Below are positions 35,581 to 49,908 of a stretch of 64,000 nt of DNA, piece by piece; within the stretch, counting starts at the first letter, position 1, and every line of letters begins with the position of its first letter. Position numbers and translations under genes: made by a program. A model generated the notes under the pieces. That model had not been told where the DNA came from. It saw only the letters and a program-made list of their open reading frames with translations, and did not search any database. This DNA comes from Octopus sinensis (taxonomy: Eukaryota). Location: positions 496,001 through 560,000 of the forward strand of contig NW_021826031.1 of assembly GCF_006345805.1 (NCBI RefSeq). The letters are read 5' to 3'.

Positions 35581-37649
35581 ATGTCCGATGCCTGTGGTTC
35601 TGATATTTGTCACACTTATGTGCCTCAAGTAGGATTTTAAAACGATTTAGGACGACTTTGATGTGATTCAATATCTATTTAACACTCCAATCAACCAAAA
35701 ATTATGTCAAAAACTAGAGCAGCAGCTAGAATCATTAAATTCACAAATTTTTCAAATAACGACAAACAATTTTCCTTCAATATTATCAATAAAAACAAAT
35801 TTGGTCAAAAATTTTCAAATTATTAAAAATAGTCACAATTGAAGGAAAAAACGGGGCACTTAAACAACCAATTTATAAGTATCAAGGAAACTGCACAAGT
35901 ATATTAATGCTATAATCAGACTATGTTCGATGATGTGGGAAATATCCTTCGGAAATATACATTATTAAAACAACAACATCAAAAATTGGCTACCATTCGT
36001 GTATTGGCTGTTCTAATCGGCAGGTGTTTATCAGAGACTGTCGAGTGGTCGAAAGTGATCTTCAAAGACTGGATTCATATTTTTGTCGACTCGAACAAAC
36101 ATTTGTTTCGAGGTATTGACATTTGTATATTCGAGTGAGAGGATGTCTCTTATCCAATTGTCTGGGTTGTCTCTCCTTAGAACTGCTGCCTTCCTCTCCT
36201 GCTGGCCAGACTCTGCCATTTCTGTCAAATACCGACAAGTTTTTACAAATTTCATATTCGAAGCAATTTACTGTTCACCAGGCACAGTTTGAGAGGAATA
36301 TTCGATCTCTGCTCAGTGGCACAGACTTGGGCGGAGTTCTACGTCTGGCCCGTTTGACGGGGAAACAGGCCGTCGTGGAGGATGAACTGAGGACCTTAAC
36401 AATCGAAAGACTGTTTGTGGATCATCGCGGAGACTTGTTTGGTCACGTTTTTGGAGTATTGGAGTCCATTTTTGTGCCATTCGAACAAGTCGTGGAATCT
36501 TATGACGGATTTGATTTTCCTGCCAATTCACTCCTGTCTGCTTCTGTGGAGTACTTGTCGTCTCTTAAAACGAGTTTCTCTGCCGGGAATCCCGACATAT
36601 TTCGCCGAGTGGGCCATTTTGGTGACATTTTTAGAACTACGAGGAGGGAATGGATTTTTTGTGTCGCTTCCAGGTCCGATTCGTTAAAGATGTACTTAAA
36701 TTCCGTGATTCCGCGTCTTTCAGGAAATTTATGGACTTGTGGAATCTCTCTGTGTATTTCCAGATAAGGTAAGGATATGGATAGTCAGTCAGGTTTCATG
36801 AAATAGGCGGTGGTTTGGAGAGATGTGACCCTTTTTCGCCGGGGAAGGAGTTTGTCTACTCCATTTCTGAGGCTACTTGGATTGCATTCAAAACATGTTG
36901 GAGTGACTCAGTGTTTATATTCTCACTGGCTCACCGATTTTTTAAACTGTCGTGGCAAGTCGTAGCCAAGTTTGTGGAATCAGTCGAGCCGAGGATGGAA
37001 GATATTTTGGTGGCAAAGGACACGGCACAGTTGTCACGATTAGTAAGTTGTCCAGTAACAATGCTAGATGGGTGATCTAGTCGAACACTCAGTTCTGCCT
37101 CTGTTAAGTGAGTTTGGGGTAGGGTCGTCATTCCGTACTATTTTTGACACATTGAGGAGAATCGAGAGGCGTGTATATGAGACTGTGTTTCATTCGAGTT
37201 TGTGTCGAGTTGACGAGATGTTGGGACAGGTTGGTGACATTCCAAGACTATACAAATACACCAACCGACCTGTAAGATTTTTGGCTAATCTGGAGAGTCC
37301 GGTCGTACCGTTGGCTTATATGAAGAAGGCAGTGGAACAACTTGAGGATTTATTTGTGGTCGGGGAGAGTGGAGATGTTCCCATGGCTGTTTTGGAGGAG
37401 AGACTCGTATCGACTGTCAAGTTGTATGGAAAGAGGGTCGAGGGGGTGGGTGTTGACATTGAGCGCACAGAAAGGTCATTGCGGAAGTTGAGAGGGGAGA
37501 GTGTAACTGAGGGAACATTGAGTGACGAGCACAAAATGCGGGAACAGATTAGACAGGATGTTGAGTCATTTGTGTTTTGTGTTGGGAAGCATTGCCCTAT
37601 GCCATGTTTGGAAGAATTAAAGTCTACCTATTTATGTGATATTGCCTAA
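35581..37649 (+). CDS. COG2: Conserved oligomeric Golgi complex subunit 2
   Basis: LAHRFFKLSWQ, DIPRLYKYTNRP and ERTERSLRKL...LSDEHKMREQIRQDV match the COG2 C-terminal region; micro-introns give an in-frame model where checked. Confidence 0.8.
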
Positions 37650-38156
37650 TAATTTATTTCCCTGAGGTTGGGAAAACAAGAATATTTTGTAGTTTCTGTT
37701 GATGTTATTCACAGACCAATATAAAAATGGAATAGACACTATTAACAATTTTAGAGAGAATATGTTAGTATTTGTGCTTTCTCGGAATAAATTTACTCAA
37801 TTGTCGAAGTGGGAAACAGCTAATTAATAGGCAAATTATCCACTCGGTAAAATGGTTCTGAAATAATGGATGACGTAGACTGCGGGTTGGCTATTTGTTA
37901 AATGTTATTTTGTGTATCGAATAGGGCAATTAATATGTTAATTAATTCTACTAGTGACGTGGAGGTGATGGATTTACTAAAAAAATGATTTCCTAATACT
38001 TAATGCTATTTGTTGTGATATATGTCGAAGCTTGCATGAATATTTTATTAACAATCTTTATAAAGTTTTTTTAAATAAAATTACATTTAAAAAATTTATT
38101 AAAAATTTTGAAAATTAAATAATACATACTAATTGAGTTAAGAATAATATTCTATT

Positions 38157-41100
38157 ATGCCAAATCTGTTGAGACTCAGTGGAGTTAACTCTCGGCCTGG
38201 ACACTACGTCCTCACCCAGAGAAATCGTTCGGACGGGATTTACTTCACTCCGCACAGAATAATATCCACGAGTACATTCCCATCGTTATTAGCAGCCAAA
38301 TCTCAAATGGAAAAACTGATTCTCACCCGGATCCTCGACTCCGTAGGGTTTCTTGGAGTTCACAACTCACCAAGTAATAAACGGAATCATCTCCACAGAC
38401 GACCGATATCTCTGTTTTGTTCAAAACTCCTCCCTGGCAGGCACTGTCAACCAAGTCAATATTTTTACCCTCGGAGGAGTCACCTTCCACCCATTGAACT
38501 ATGAGGGAGGTTCAGAAAGTCCGGAAATTGGGGAACTTCAGAAATTCTTTAGCTGTGGGTCGTTCTATTTCTGCTCCAGCGATACTCGGAGGACATTCAA
38601 CATTACACTTAACCAGGCAGCTTTTGCGCAGAACGACCCAACGGATTCAAACTTTCTCTGGTTGGCTGAGAGAGTAGTCATACTATAGGAACGGAGAAAT
38701 GATGGGTCTCCTCTATTTTGCAGGAATTGATGTGCCCAGTTGGACCGTTGATGTCATCGGGGGGTTCTTTAGTTCCAAAAAAATATATTTCGGAGCACTC
38801 AGTGCCCGTGTTTGTCTCATCTCTCGAAAAAGTCGTGAACGTGCTGGGACTCGGTTTTCCGTGCGAGGAGTGGACGACAGCGGGTGTGTGGCCAACTACG
38901 TGGAGACAGAACAGTTCATCTGCCACTCGGATTCGATGACAGCGTCCTTTTTAATTTTGAGGGGGTCAGTCCCACTTTTCTGGGAACAGTCGGGACTTCA
39001 AGTTGGGGCACACAAAGTCACACTTTCTCGCGGTTTTGACGCGACGTGTCCAGCTTTTCATAGGTTGTGAGTGGTGGACTAATCTGATAGACACGTGGAT
39101 AAGATGCGAGACAGTTATGGAGATATTTTCATATTAAATCTGCTTGGATTATCACCTGGAGAGTTCTGCCTTTCCTACAACATGGAGCAGCAGATAATTG
39201 GAAGCAAAGTCACAAAGTACGTGACATTCGACTATCATTCACTGACTGGCGCTAAGAGTGCGACTGAGCGAGATAGACTCTCCCAAACTCTGATGGCTCA
39301 AGTGATGCCGTTTGTGTCTGCGATTGGTCATTTGGTGACGAACGATCGCGGAGTCGTCGAGAAGTATCAACACGGTCACATCCGTAGAAAGCAGACGGGG
39401 ATTGTGCGAGTGAACTGCATTGACTGCCTTGACCGGACTAACTCAATGCAGCGGGAGATATCTCTGCAAGTACTCCGTCAGCAGTTGACCGCCCTCGGAG
39501 TCAACACAACCGATTCAACGTTTGCAAAATTTTCTGAGGCCTGTACTGCCATGTGGGTTGCCAATGGACACGCCATCAGCAGAATATATGCAGGGACGGA
39601 CTCTTTGGAGTTCAACAAAAGTCGAGTATGACCACAAAGTCAGTGGTAGTATACTAATGTCTTCCGAAATGCCGAGCGAGCTATCCAAAGCAGCATGTTC
39701 GACTCTCGCAAAAACACTGCCATTTCTTTTCTGGTCAAAAACACTACGGCCACTGTCAGGGGCTACGACAGTCGGCTTGGAGCTCTGCTGGGAGCACAAA
39801 TCCTGAAAGGTTATCTACTTGTTTGGATCGGCAGCTCCTCCAAATTTTGTCGAGTCCTTGTACAGACTAAGGCGTCAGTTTTGTCATGAACGGACACTGC
39901 GGGTGTTTGCAGGGACTTGGAACGTTAATGGAATGAAAAACTACCAGAGCATAGTCCGGAAGGGGAATATTGGCATGTGGCTCCTGAATGGGCCTGAGAT
40001 TACTCGCAAGACGTACTGGCTGTGAATTATCCTAGTGGAATGGGGTACTGCTCTCAGGGAGATATCTCCACGCCAAACGACATTTATGGAATTGGTTTTC
40101 AGGAGATGGTGGACTTGACTGCAACTAATATAATCACCGGCGGAGGGTTAGTGGCATGTCCTCAAATGAAGCAACTCAAAACGTCTCTACTGGGCTGATG
40201 AAATTGAGAAAAAACTGTCAGTGAATGAGAAGTACTGTTTGGTGACATGTATCCAGTTGGTGGGAGTGTGCTTGTTTATTTTTGCTCGAAAATCGTTGTT
40301 GTGGCACATCAGGTATTTCCCGGTCGGACTGGCAGGGATGTGATGACTGCGAGTGTCATGACGGGAATGGAGGGCACTGCGGGCAACAAGGGGGCGGTGG
40401 GAATCCGAATGGTGGTCTACAATACAACCATTTGCTTTGTTTGTTCACATTTTGCTGCTGGACAGTCCAACGTCGGTGAACGAAACGGCAACCAACTTGA
40501 AATATTGCGGAAAATGACATTCTCCGGAGTTGTCTTTTTTCCGTCATATCCAGATTAGCATCTCCGACCACGACTACATTTTTTGGTGTGGAGACCTCAA
40601 TTATCGAATCGACCTTGACAGGGAAACTGTTCTCCGAGAAATATCCCTTCAGAGTTGGGCCAGTCTGTTGCCTCATGATCAGTTGCATGTGCAGAGGACT
40701 TTAGGACAGGTCTTTAATTGTGCTGAGTCGGCAGGTATTCAAAGACTTTATCGAGGGGCCTGTTTGCTTCCCTCCAACATATAAATATGATTTGTATGTG
40801 GAAGAGTACGACTCGAGCGACAAGTGTAGAGTGCCGGCTTGGACTGATCGTGTGTTGTGGAAGAGTTGTCCCCTCTATTCCCATCATTATAGTTTCTGAC
40901 CCTTCTAGGATAAGTCGACTCGTCTACTATGGCCGAGCAGAACTGGTCACATCAGACCATCGGTGTATTTAATCATTCACCACCATAGACCTGTAGGGGC
41001 TATCATTGAGATTGTTGTGGATGAACTCGTCCCTTCTCGTCTTGAGACAGTCGTGACTGACCTTCTCTCCAGATTCGTCCCATTTGATGCCTCTCTGATA

Positions 41101-41534
41101 GTCTCGCCTTATACACAAGACATGGAAGGTGTGTACAAATCACATTTTTCCTCTCTTGGACCTGTGCAGGAAACTATGTGGAAATGTTTGGTCACTGTGT
41201 TTAGTTCCCTTAATGGAGAGATCCTCATAGGCTATTCCGATTTGTTTTGTCCCACAAAAATCGAGCGATTCAAAAATACCAAAGTTGACACTGTTGACTC
41301 AATTTTAAGATAAATCGGAATAATCTCGAAATCAGAATTCCCCTGCTAAACACTTGGATCTCCTTCGCACTTGGGTTCTTTGGAATGAAGTCCGATTTTG
41401 TCAGAATTTGTCGCGAAAAGTCTCCCTCTAAGGATAAGAACGTGGCCGTATTGATAGACAAATATAATTTGGGTGCACCAGGAGAGCTTCCCCTTGATTT
41501 TGGCCTTGGAGATCCAGGGTCGCCCCCAATATAA
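38157..41534 (+). CDS. SYNJ: Synaptojanin (SAC1 plus inositol 5-phosphatase)
   Basis: [72 protein letters not shown] and SDHRPV motifs. Confidence 0.92.
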
Positions 41535-41661
41535 TATTTATAAGATTTTACAACTGAATAATTATTTTTGTTTTTTTAGTTGTAATATATGCAATTGTGG
41601 CATACTACTGATCAGAAAAAGAACATTTAAAAGATTATTTAGTATATATGCCTATATGCCA

Positions 41662-43036
41662 CTAGTTATCATTTAATTGAAGTCCAACTTTCTCATTCCA
41701 CAAAGTTTTGTTTAGTTCAGCAATAAGAGGTTCTTCGGAAATTATTTTTTTGATGGATTCTTGGTGTTTTTTTATTTTTGAATTGCTGTTTTTGGAGATT
41801 GGATGAAGTATGTCGTAAATGCCATCAGTCTGCAGTATTCCACAATAAAAAACCTTATTTTTGTTTTTAACAGGCGTGAACTGACCGACAGAATTACTAT
41901 TTAATGACTTCCTTGAGGACTCGAACTCGGGAATGAGTTGTTTGGAATTACTTTCATTAGAGTGACTAATTACTTTTTGTTTGGTCGGCCTTTCGCAAAA
42001 CTCTCTCTCAAAATTTCGGCATCGACTACAGAAATGGGTCTTATTTGTTGACCCTAAGTTTATAAATGATGTAGAACTTGTTTTCGGCTCTTCCTTTCAG
42101 CTACTGATAAATCCTATAAACATAATTAGAAAAAATAACTTCAAGACTCAATGCACTTGTTTGAAATCGGACCTTTTTTCTAATTCTGCGCTTTTCTACG
42201 TCAATCCACTTGCCAGACAAATCTTCCTTTTGGTGAGCCAAAATTTCGACTTCTTCGGCCACTTTCGGCGAGAATATTCGAATGCTAGATGCCTGAAGTT
42301 CTGGTTAGCACATTTTACCAGAATAGGACTCATGTGGGCCAGAAACATGCACCCAATGTGACGGCGCTTCTGACACAATGACAACGTGAAAGCTTCCTGA
42401 GTATCGTACACATTTTTGAGACACGCGATGTGGTCGCGTTTGACAATTTCCAACACGTGATGGTTATTTGTAAGTTTTTCTTTCAAATAAAAATAAAAAC
42501 GAACTTCTCGAGGTAAGTTTTTTTTCCAAGTTTCTGGCTGTGGAAGAAAGTTTTTTGAGATTTGAAATCTTTTTTCGCGTCTGTTGTTTGTAGCAACGAT
42601 CGGACGCGAGGATGTCGTTTTTCCACATGTTGGAGAGACCTGAGAAGACGACATCTGAGTCAGTTTTTACAGCATTTGCAATTTGGGTCATTTCCATTTC
42701 TAATTTTTTAAAGTCAGAAGTAATTTGGAGGATTAGGTTTCCCACGTCTTTGCAATCTGAAAGTACTCCAAACAGAAAATACCGCTTGCCACATAAAAAA
42801 AATAGCCGATTACCTTCAGAGTATTTATGTAAGCAGTAAGAGCAGGCTTAATTGAGCTACAACTCATAAATAGGCCATACTTTATGGCAGATGACAGCTT
42901 TGCTGACTTGGCCGAAAACTCTTCCCAAAAAGGGGACATTCCCTTAAACTTCAGTTGCAATTTTAACTTTCATTTTTTTGAACAAACTGAAGAAATTGGA
43001 CTCCAAATCGAGTATTTTCTGGTCTACTGCTGACAT
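41662..43036 (-). CDS. MTSS1/MIM-like IMD (I-BAR) domain protein
   Basis: KGMSPFWEEFSAKSAKLSSAIK resembles MTSS1 KGSYPVWEDFINKAGKLQSQLR; helical IMD-length region; 3' boundary approximate. Confidence 0.65.
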
Positions 43037-43599
43037 ATTTTATAATCCAAGAAAATAGCGTATTATTTCATATATTCTGATATGATTGTGTTCCCTCTAC
43101 GTCATGGATGTTATTACTATAATTTGCGATATATCCTTAGTGACAGAATGATTTAATAAACTTATCTGAAAAAACGATCGATCAGAGAAAAATCCTCAAA
43201 AATACAAATTTTGAAGTTAAAAAAATAAATTGCCATTTTCTAATTCGAAGTATGTTCTAATATTAAAGATAATCAACTTTGGAAACAAATGCTTGTGAGT
43301 AGTTTTCCAATTTTTAGGGTTTAGGTAGATAATAAAATAGGATGAGGTAACAGACAAATTTCCATGGATTACTGTAGAAAGTCACCATAACATTCTTTGT
43401 AGACTTTTACGACTAATATCTGGATTGGCGGAATCACGAAATTTCGTCTAATAAAAATAATACGTTCAAAACAACATTGATTTCGGAGTTGGATTTTTTT
43501 TGTTAGTCGTGAATAGAGTAGTTCAGCTGATTTGTACATAGCCAAGAAGATATGTTGTTAATATTTGCCTGAAGTCTTTGGATTGCTGTGAGTAGATTT

Positions 43600-44600
43600 T
43601 GGTCCCGTGATCCTATGATGATATCGAAGGCACGGGCGATGTTGAAGACACACTTATTTGGTGATAAATCTCGTTTAGTTTTTTGTCCAGTTCGAGCATT
43701 CTTTCCTAAGGTTCAAATCTGTTTTTATGACAAGCAACCATGTTCTCAAGGGTTTTCTTTATAGTGAGTGATTGAATGTATGCGTGCGTTTTCTCACTGA
43801 TGTTAAGCGAACATGCATATTGTAGGAATTTTGGAGTAACCAGTTCATCCCATGTTAATACAATAGGTACTATTTTCACTTTCGCTTAATAGATTAATTC
43901 CAGCTCTTTAGATAGACGATCATATTTTCTCATTTTTTCGATCTCCACTTGTTGTCAGTTTTTGAAAGATGTCATCCTAACTTCCACCAACAAAATTTGA
44001 TTCCTTATATTGTCGAAAACAAACAAATCTGGTTTGTTATGTTTCAAGACGATGTAGGTCTTTATAAATGTGTTAACTCTGATTTCAACATTCTCATTCG
44101 ACAATACAGATTGAGTTTTTAATCTGTTTTGAGTTTTTTATCATTCTTGAGTCTAAATTCTTGACAAAAATGAAAGTGGATGCATCTCACTACTTCATCG
44201 TGGCTCCTGACATAATCCTCATGTAACATCTTCTCACATCTAGTGGCACAGTGATCGACAGTCTTCTTCCATCTCATGCAGTGGGAACACATTGAGTTAT
44301 GTTCTGCAAAGAATAAATTTATATCTTGTACGAGACAGAATAAGCCTTGTGGGGAGTTATTCCATTTGGCCAGCTAGTGAGTAAAGTTTTTGACATTCAC
44401 AAAATTTTAAAAAAATCTGGTCCAGAAGGTACTTGTTCTGGGCACCGACCAACAGTTTTTTGTTAAGTAAAAATAAAAGTGATTCTTCAAGTAGATATTT
44501 ATGATTCAAGTATTCTTCAATAGTGGCCAGATGAGTTTTTCCAGCATTTCGGCCTGAAGAATCAAAAAGCTTCTTTTGCAGACAACACTTCGGTCTTGTA
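43600..44600 (-). mobile_element. Second R4/Dong-like retroelement fragment, decayed
   Basis: TVDHCATRC...YVRSHDEVVRCIH and KHNKPDLFVFD motifs with stops. Confidence 0.75.
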
Positions 44601-44702
44601 AGTCCGTAAGAGCTATGGTATCATAATTGGTAGTCAGGAAAATTAAATTTATTAATATTATTACCTTTTATTATTTTATAAATTATTTTAAATATTCTAT
44701 TA

Positions 44703-45310
44703 ATGCTTATTATGACCATGTGCCTCCCTCCTCACGTGGCGCTGGACTGTGAGTTTGTTGAAGTAAATCACATCAAATCTGCACTTGGTATTGCTCTAAT
44801 CTTATTTTAGCTCGCTGTACTGTACTAGATTTCTCAGGGAACGTTTTATTGGATCAATATATCAAACCAGAAGAGCAAATAACCGACTATCGAACTCCCT
44901 ACAGTGGAATTTCAGAAATACACATGAAAGAGGCAATTCCCTACAAAGATGCCAGAGAAACAATCTGGAATCTCATAAAGGGGAAAGTAGTCGTTGGACA
45001 CGCATTAGACAACGATTTCCAGGCTCTGGGGTTCTCTGTGCCCTTACACATGAGAAGAGACACTTTGTGGTCTCCTGATTTGAGAAGAATGATGGACAAT
45101 GCGGGGATTAATAAAATGTCCCTCAAGTCGATGGCCAAGCATATACTGAATCGACACATTCAGAATGGTCCTCACTGTTCCTTTGAGGATGCTCTGGCAA
45201 CCCTCGACTTGTTTAAATGCGTTCTTTTAACTCGTGGGGTATGGAAGCAGGCTGCACGTGATTCAGGAAAATTTACACATTTATTTGACGACCACTATTG
45301 GGTCGCTTGA
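44703..45310 (+). CDS. DEDDh 3'-5' exonuclease, ISG20/AEN/REX4 family (one 23-nt intron)
   Basis: VALDCEFV, ITDYRTPYSGI, VVGHALDNDF and HCSFEDALA motifs. Confidence 0.88.
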
Positions 45311-45412
45311 TTGTGTTTATAAATATTATTTTATTAAATATTATTTAAAAAATTGAGTTATTAATATAAGTAAATTATTTTATGAATAGTCAGACGTTAT
45401 TTTTGTGTGATC

Positions 45413-47098
45413 ATGTCTCAACAGCTTTATTTGTCTTTGGAAAATTCATGTAAAACTTTGAATCACAGCGATGTTTTGTCAAAATCTAATAGCAGTACTA
45501 GTTATATAAATTATTAAAAGTAATAAAAAGTGAGAACACTCCTCCGGAAGCCGTTTTTATATCAAAAGCTCTTTCTCTTATATTTTTAAACCGCCCCAAA
45601 GAAGCTTTTGAATCCTTAAAAGACCTTTCCGGCGACGTGAACATGATCCGAGCATATGCTCAACACAAAATTGGTGACCAAATATCCGCCCTTTCACTTG
45701 TGGACAACATCCCTTCCAATCAGTTGGGTAGAAACGACCTAAAGTCGCAAATTGTGATTTAATTGGATATAAATAGTAGTTGTACAAGCTTGGACGATTC
45801 AGGGAGTCCTCTGATGCGCTCAAGCTATCCAAAGTTGTGGGATTTGTCTATTTTAGGATGATGAGTTAAGCATAGAGAGGCAGACGAATGTGATTGCCAG
45901 TGAATATTGGGGGGATTGTCGTCTTGTAACCCTCCCTTCCTTATATAGACTCATATCGGGGACGAGCACGTGTCATATGAGCCATACTTTAATTTATCTT
46001 TGCTCTATTACAAGACCAGGGACTTTCTGTTGGCATTGGAGTACAGTCGGAAGGCGTTAGGTATCCCCCTTATATCAAAGACAGCTCTGATTGACAGCCA
46101 ACTCGTGGGGGACACATCTTTAAAAGGCGACCATAGGAAGTTGAGGTGGTTTTGGTGTCTGATTCTCAAAGAGTGCAGTACGCTCTTCTCCTCCAGCTGA
46201 CGGGAGATGAGGATAAGGCAGTTGAGGTATATCGACAAGTGTTTTCTGAGGGGTTGGCACTTGTTGTGAGAGTTTAGATTTGACCCATCTAATGAAGTCG
46301 ATATGGTAGGTGCACTCAATGCGAGTTTGGTGGATGACCAACTTGGTGTGTGGGGTGAGGCAGTCAACTTTGTGTTGTCAGACAAATGTGAACTGAGAGA
46401 TATTGACAAACAAATTATTGAACGAGTAGTTTCGACACAATCTTGCTCAGTCGAGTCTGTGATTAGGATTATCGATGTATTTTTATATAATTATTAATTT
46501 AGCGAATTAGAGAGACTGACGAGGTTGTTTTGTTGATTCACTCCAGTCTGACCAAATGGCCGTACTTTGCTTGACTGTTCTCTTACAGGCAGGCAGAATG
46601 GAGGAGGCTGTTAAACTAGTGTCTGACCTTCTCTCTTTAAGGCCGCAATCAACCCGTCTTCTTGCTTTTGCCGTGGTTCTTGAATTCCATTTAAGGGATA
46701 AACCGGGCAAAAATGCACATTTATTGTCTACACTGGCAACATACCTTGGTGGATTTTACAAGTTTAGCTACTTTTATAATGCTCTAGTGAATTCCAGAAG
46801 GTTGACTTGGAGTGCGAACGACTTGACATTGGTCTGAAGGTGGAGAAGAGGACAAGAAGTCGTCCTAGAGGGAATGCAAGTCTCAGATGGATAAAAAAGA
46901 GTGAGAGAATAGTGAAGGGACGGAATGGGCAAAAGTACGCCTCACACGGACCGCAGGGACAAGTGACCAATGTTGAGAAGCTGTATATCACGTGTATTGA
47001 GTTATAGTGATATTGTGAATATTATGTCCATGAAAACAGCCCCACCAATCAAGCATGCTAAGAATTTTCGGGGAAAGCAGAAAAGGAGAAAGAAATAA
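45413..47098 (+). CDS. Hypothetical helical-repeat (TPR-like) protein with a basic C-terminus
   Basis: Consecutive ORFs joined by candidate micro-introns; YFNLSLLYYKTRDFLLALEYSRKAL is TPR-like; ends GKQKRRKK*. Confidence 0.5.
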
Positions 47099-47126
47099 TC
47101 GAGTTTATTTAATGTTAGTTTGGTTA

Positions 47127-49623
47127 TTAGTATTTAACTGGGTCTATTTTTATATTTAGTTTTTTGTTGAGAGTCGTGGTTGCTTTGGGGATTGATCTGC
47201 TTCTTGGCATTTTCTGTGTTTTATCTGCAATTTCAATCGGTCTGGTCTCTCGTATAGGATTGGGTTGAATATCCTCGTCGTAGGGCGTTCTGTAGTCGGG
47301 GTGGATTAGTTTGTCGAGTCGGGAAATTATTTCGTAGTCAGGAATAGCCAATGTTGAAATATCGAGTGACAGCATCCGGGCTATAGTTTCCCTCAAGTCA
47401 AGAAGCTAATGTTAGTTCAGCCTGTTTTACTTGCTTTTCTCTATCACGACAGTATTCGAGGGACTGTGTCAACCCGTCTATTTGTTGTTCCATGTTTTGT
47501 ATTTGCGGGTTCGTTTCGTTTAGGACTGATTCCACTCGCTTTTTCTGGTCTCTTAGCTTATCCGCTTTTGCGATTTGTTTTGATACTTTTTCCTGCAGTA
47601 AGTAGATTTCGTCTTGTAGATGCTGAGTGTTTGCTCGTTCTTCCGAAATTAGTGATTTCTGTTTGTCAGTAAACTCAACTTATACCTCTCTATTTGCGTA
47701 ATCGCACAAATCTGCTTTAAGTTGTTGGATGTGTTTTTTGGCAGATTCGAGTTCCTGATTCAATTTGACGTTCATTTTAAACGCTTTTTGTCCCTTGAAA
47801 TAATCAGAATGAATAGACAACTCGATAAATTTTGTCGTCCGCTGACTGTTGCAGAAGAGACTTTGATCCAATCTCTTCTTCAAGTTGCATCACCTTTTTG
47901 CGCAGCATAGTATTATGCAAGTCTTTGTTTTCTATTTGTTCCTTCATCCCCTTTATCTAATCTGTAGACTTGGACTTTTACCTTTCTCTGGAGCATGTGC
48001 AACTGGGAATTTCTACTGGCCAGTGCTTCAGTCTCCAGTGAAACCAATTGTTGTGCTCGCGTGAGGCAGGCAGATTCGGTGGAAAGTCCTTCAATCGAGG
48101 ATGGAAGTTTCAAGTTGTGGCATAACTCTTCCGCAAATCGCATGTGCTAGAATTGTCTCCATCAAAAAAACCCTTTCCTTGCCTTCTCTCAATCCGTCGG
48201 TAATCAGTTCGTTTGAGGCCAACGAGTCTCGCAATTGCCGAATGTCTGTGGCCATTTGAGCTTCTGTTCTTTTTTGATGTTCAAGTTGCTGAAGATATTC
48301 GCTTGTTTGCAGGTTTTTCAATTCCGACTCTTTTTTTAGGACTTTGAGGTCGTTTTCCAAAAACTCTACTTTCTTAAAACTTGGATTTTCAAATTACATT
48401 AAGCCGGTCCCTCAAGTTGGCGATTATGTCCTCCGACTCGTTCCACTGTTCGCGGCAGTTGCAATATTCCTGGTCGCGACAGGCAGAAATGCCGAGACTG
48501 TCGACCACTTGGTCTCTGAAAGTGTTGAAATTGTTTGTGGTGTAATTCAATGCTTCTCTAAGCTGATTCAAATTTGAATTTGTTTCAGTCAATTCTGCAG
48601 ATTTTTCGCTCAGAATCCGAGACAAATTGTATTTATCATTTTTCTCAAAGTCCATTAATTCAGTCATGGTTTCAATCTTCCCTGAAAGTGCCTCACATTC
48701 TGCTTCGAGTCGACGAACTTCCTAAATATATTTAATAAATTATTTTACCGATTTTTGCTCATTTAGCAAATTAATGTTTTTTATGGTAATTTGCTGTTCG
48801 CTTGTAACCTCAGATGCAAGACGTTTAATGGTCTCGCGAGCTGCTCGTCCTTCCACATCATACGACTCGGCTGCTCTCTGAAGGGACTCAAACTGTTCGT
48901 TCAAGTGTTGATTTGCTCTTGAGTTCACTTCAAACTGAAAATGAAAACGTTTGAATACAATCTCGCATATTTTATCAAACGAAAGTTCCCCCTCGCCTAC
49001 CAGATCCTGCATTTTCCGAAGGAACGTCCTCACCGAGTTGTCCAAGTGGTAGTACTGCCTTTCCAGACTGTCTTTGGCCAATTTTATGTTTCTATGTCTC
49101 ATTGATGCAAATTTACTCATTTTCAGAAGTGTATGTGGAAATGGACTGATAGGCCAGCTTGGCCTGTTCCCTGCATTCGTCTCGCTCACATATCACTTGT
49201 GCCATTTCACGCTCGAAATTATTAATGGCGAGAGTCTTGTCAGCCAACTGCTGTCTGTTCAAGTCGATGAGAGTATTTAGACGAGCGTCGTTTTCCTGGT
49301 ACTTGTCATTCTTTTCATGTGAACGAGAGAGTTCGTTTTGAGCAACACTTAGTTTGGTTTCTAGTTCATTAATCTGAGAATGATTTTAAACGGAACCCTC
49401 GAGTTCAGGCACTCGATTCTCTTATAGAGGGCAGCGTTCTCGGCCATTGAGTTTTCATAGTCAGAGTACATGTAACCAATGTCAGACTTGGTATATATAT
49501 ATTGGATTGTTCAGTATCCATGACGATTCACTCAATAACGCAGAAATTAGTCCACAATTAAAGTATGTTTGAATTTAATCAATCCCTCCTATTTCTGTAA
49601 ATTAGTCCTTTTTCAGCATCCAT
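47127..49623 (-). CDS. CCDC170: Coiled-coil domain-containing protein 170-like
   Basis: Long coiled coil ending in RETIARMLSLDISTLAIPDYEIISRLDKLIH, the CCDC170 C-terminal signature. Confidence 0.75.
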
Positions 49624-49908
49624 ACTGAAAATGGGCCTAAATTGATTTAAAACAAGAAAGTTGAAGGTTGGACTTAAGGTGACTTCAAACAATCCAAAGT
49701 GGATCTTAATGACTCGGATATACGGCAAGAAAACTCATAGCAAGACAATGATGAATGGGCTTGCCTATTAATGGAAGGAAATTGGCACAAATATAAGCCA
49801 CGGAAACTGTAGAAACGTGATGTCGCAATTGCCTAGCCCTAACAGACCTGACTAAGCAAATTTGATCCAAAATTAAAGACAGACAAAAAATTAAAAAAGA
49901 AAGAGTAA

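Noticed and set aside
15700-41500. Numerous antisense and alternate-frame ORFs overlapping host genes
   Set aside because: They are shadows of GC-richer coding sequence and show no independent motifs.
49745-49855. C/D-box snoRNA (ATGATGA ... CTGA)
   Set aside because: No terminal stem, only about 9 nt of possible rRNA complementarity and it overlaps box D; the region also resembles a decayed Tc1 transposase C-terminus.
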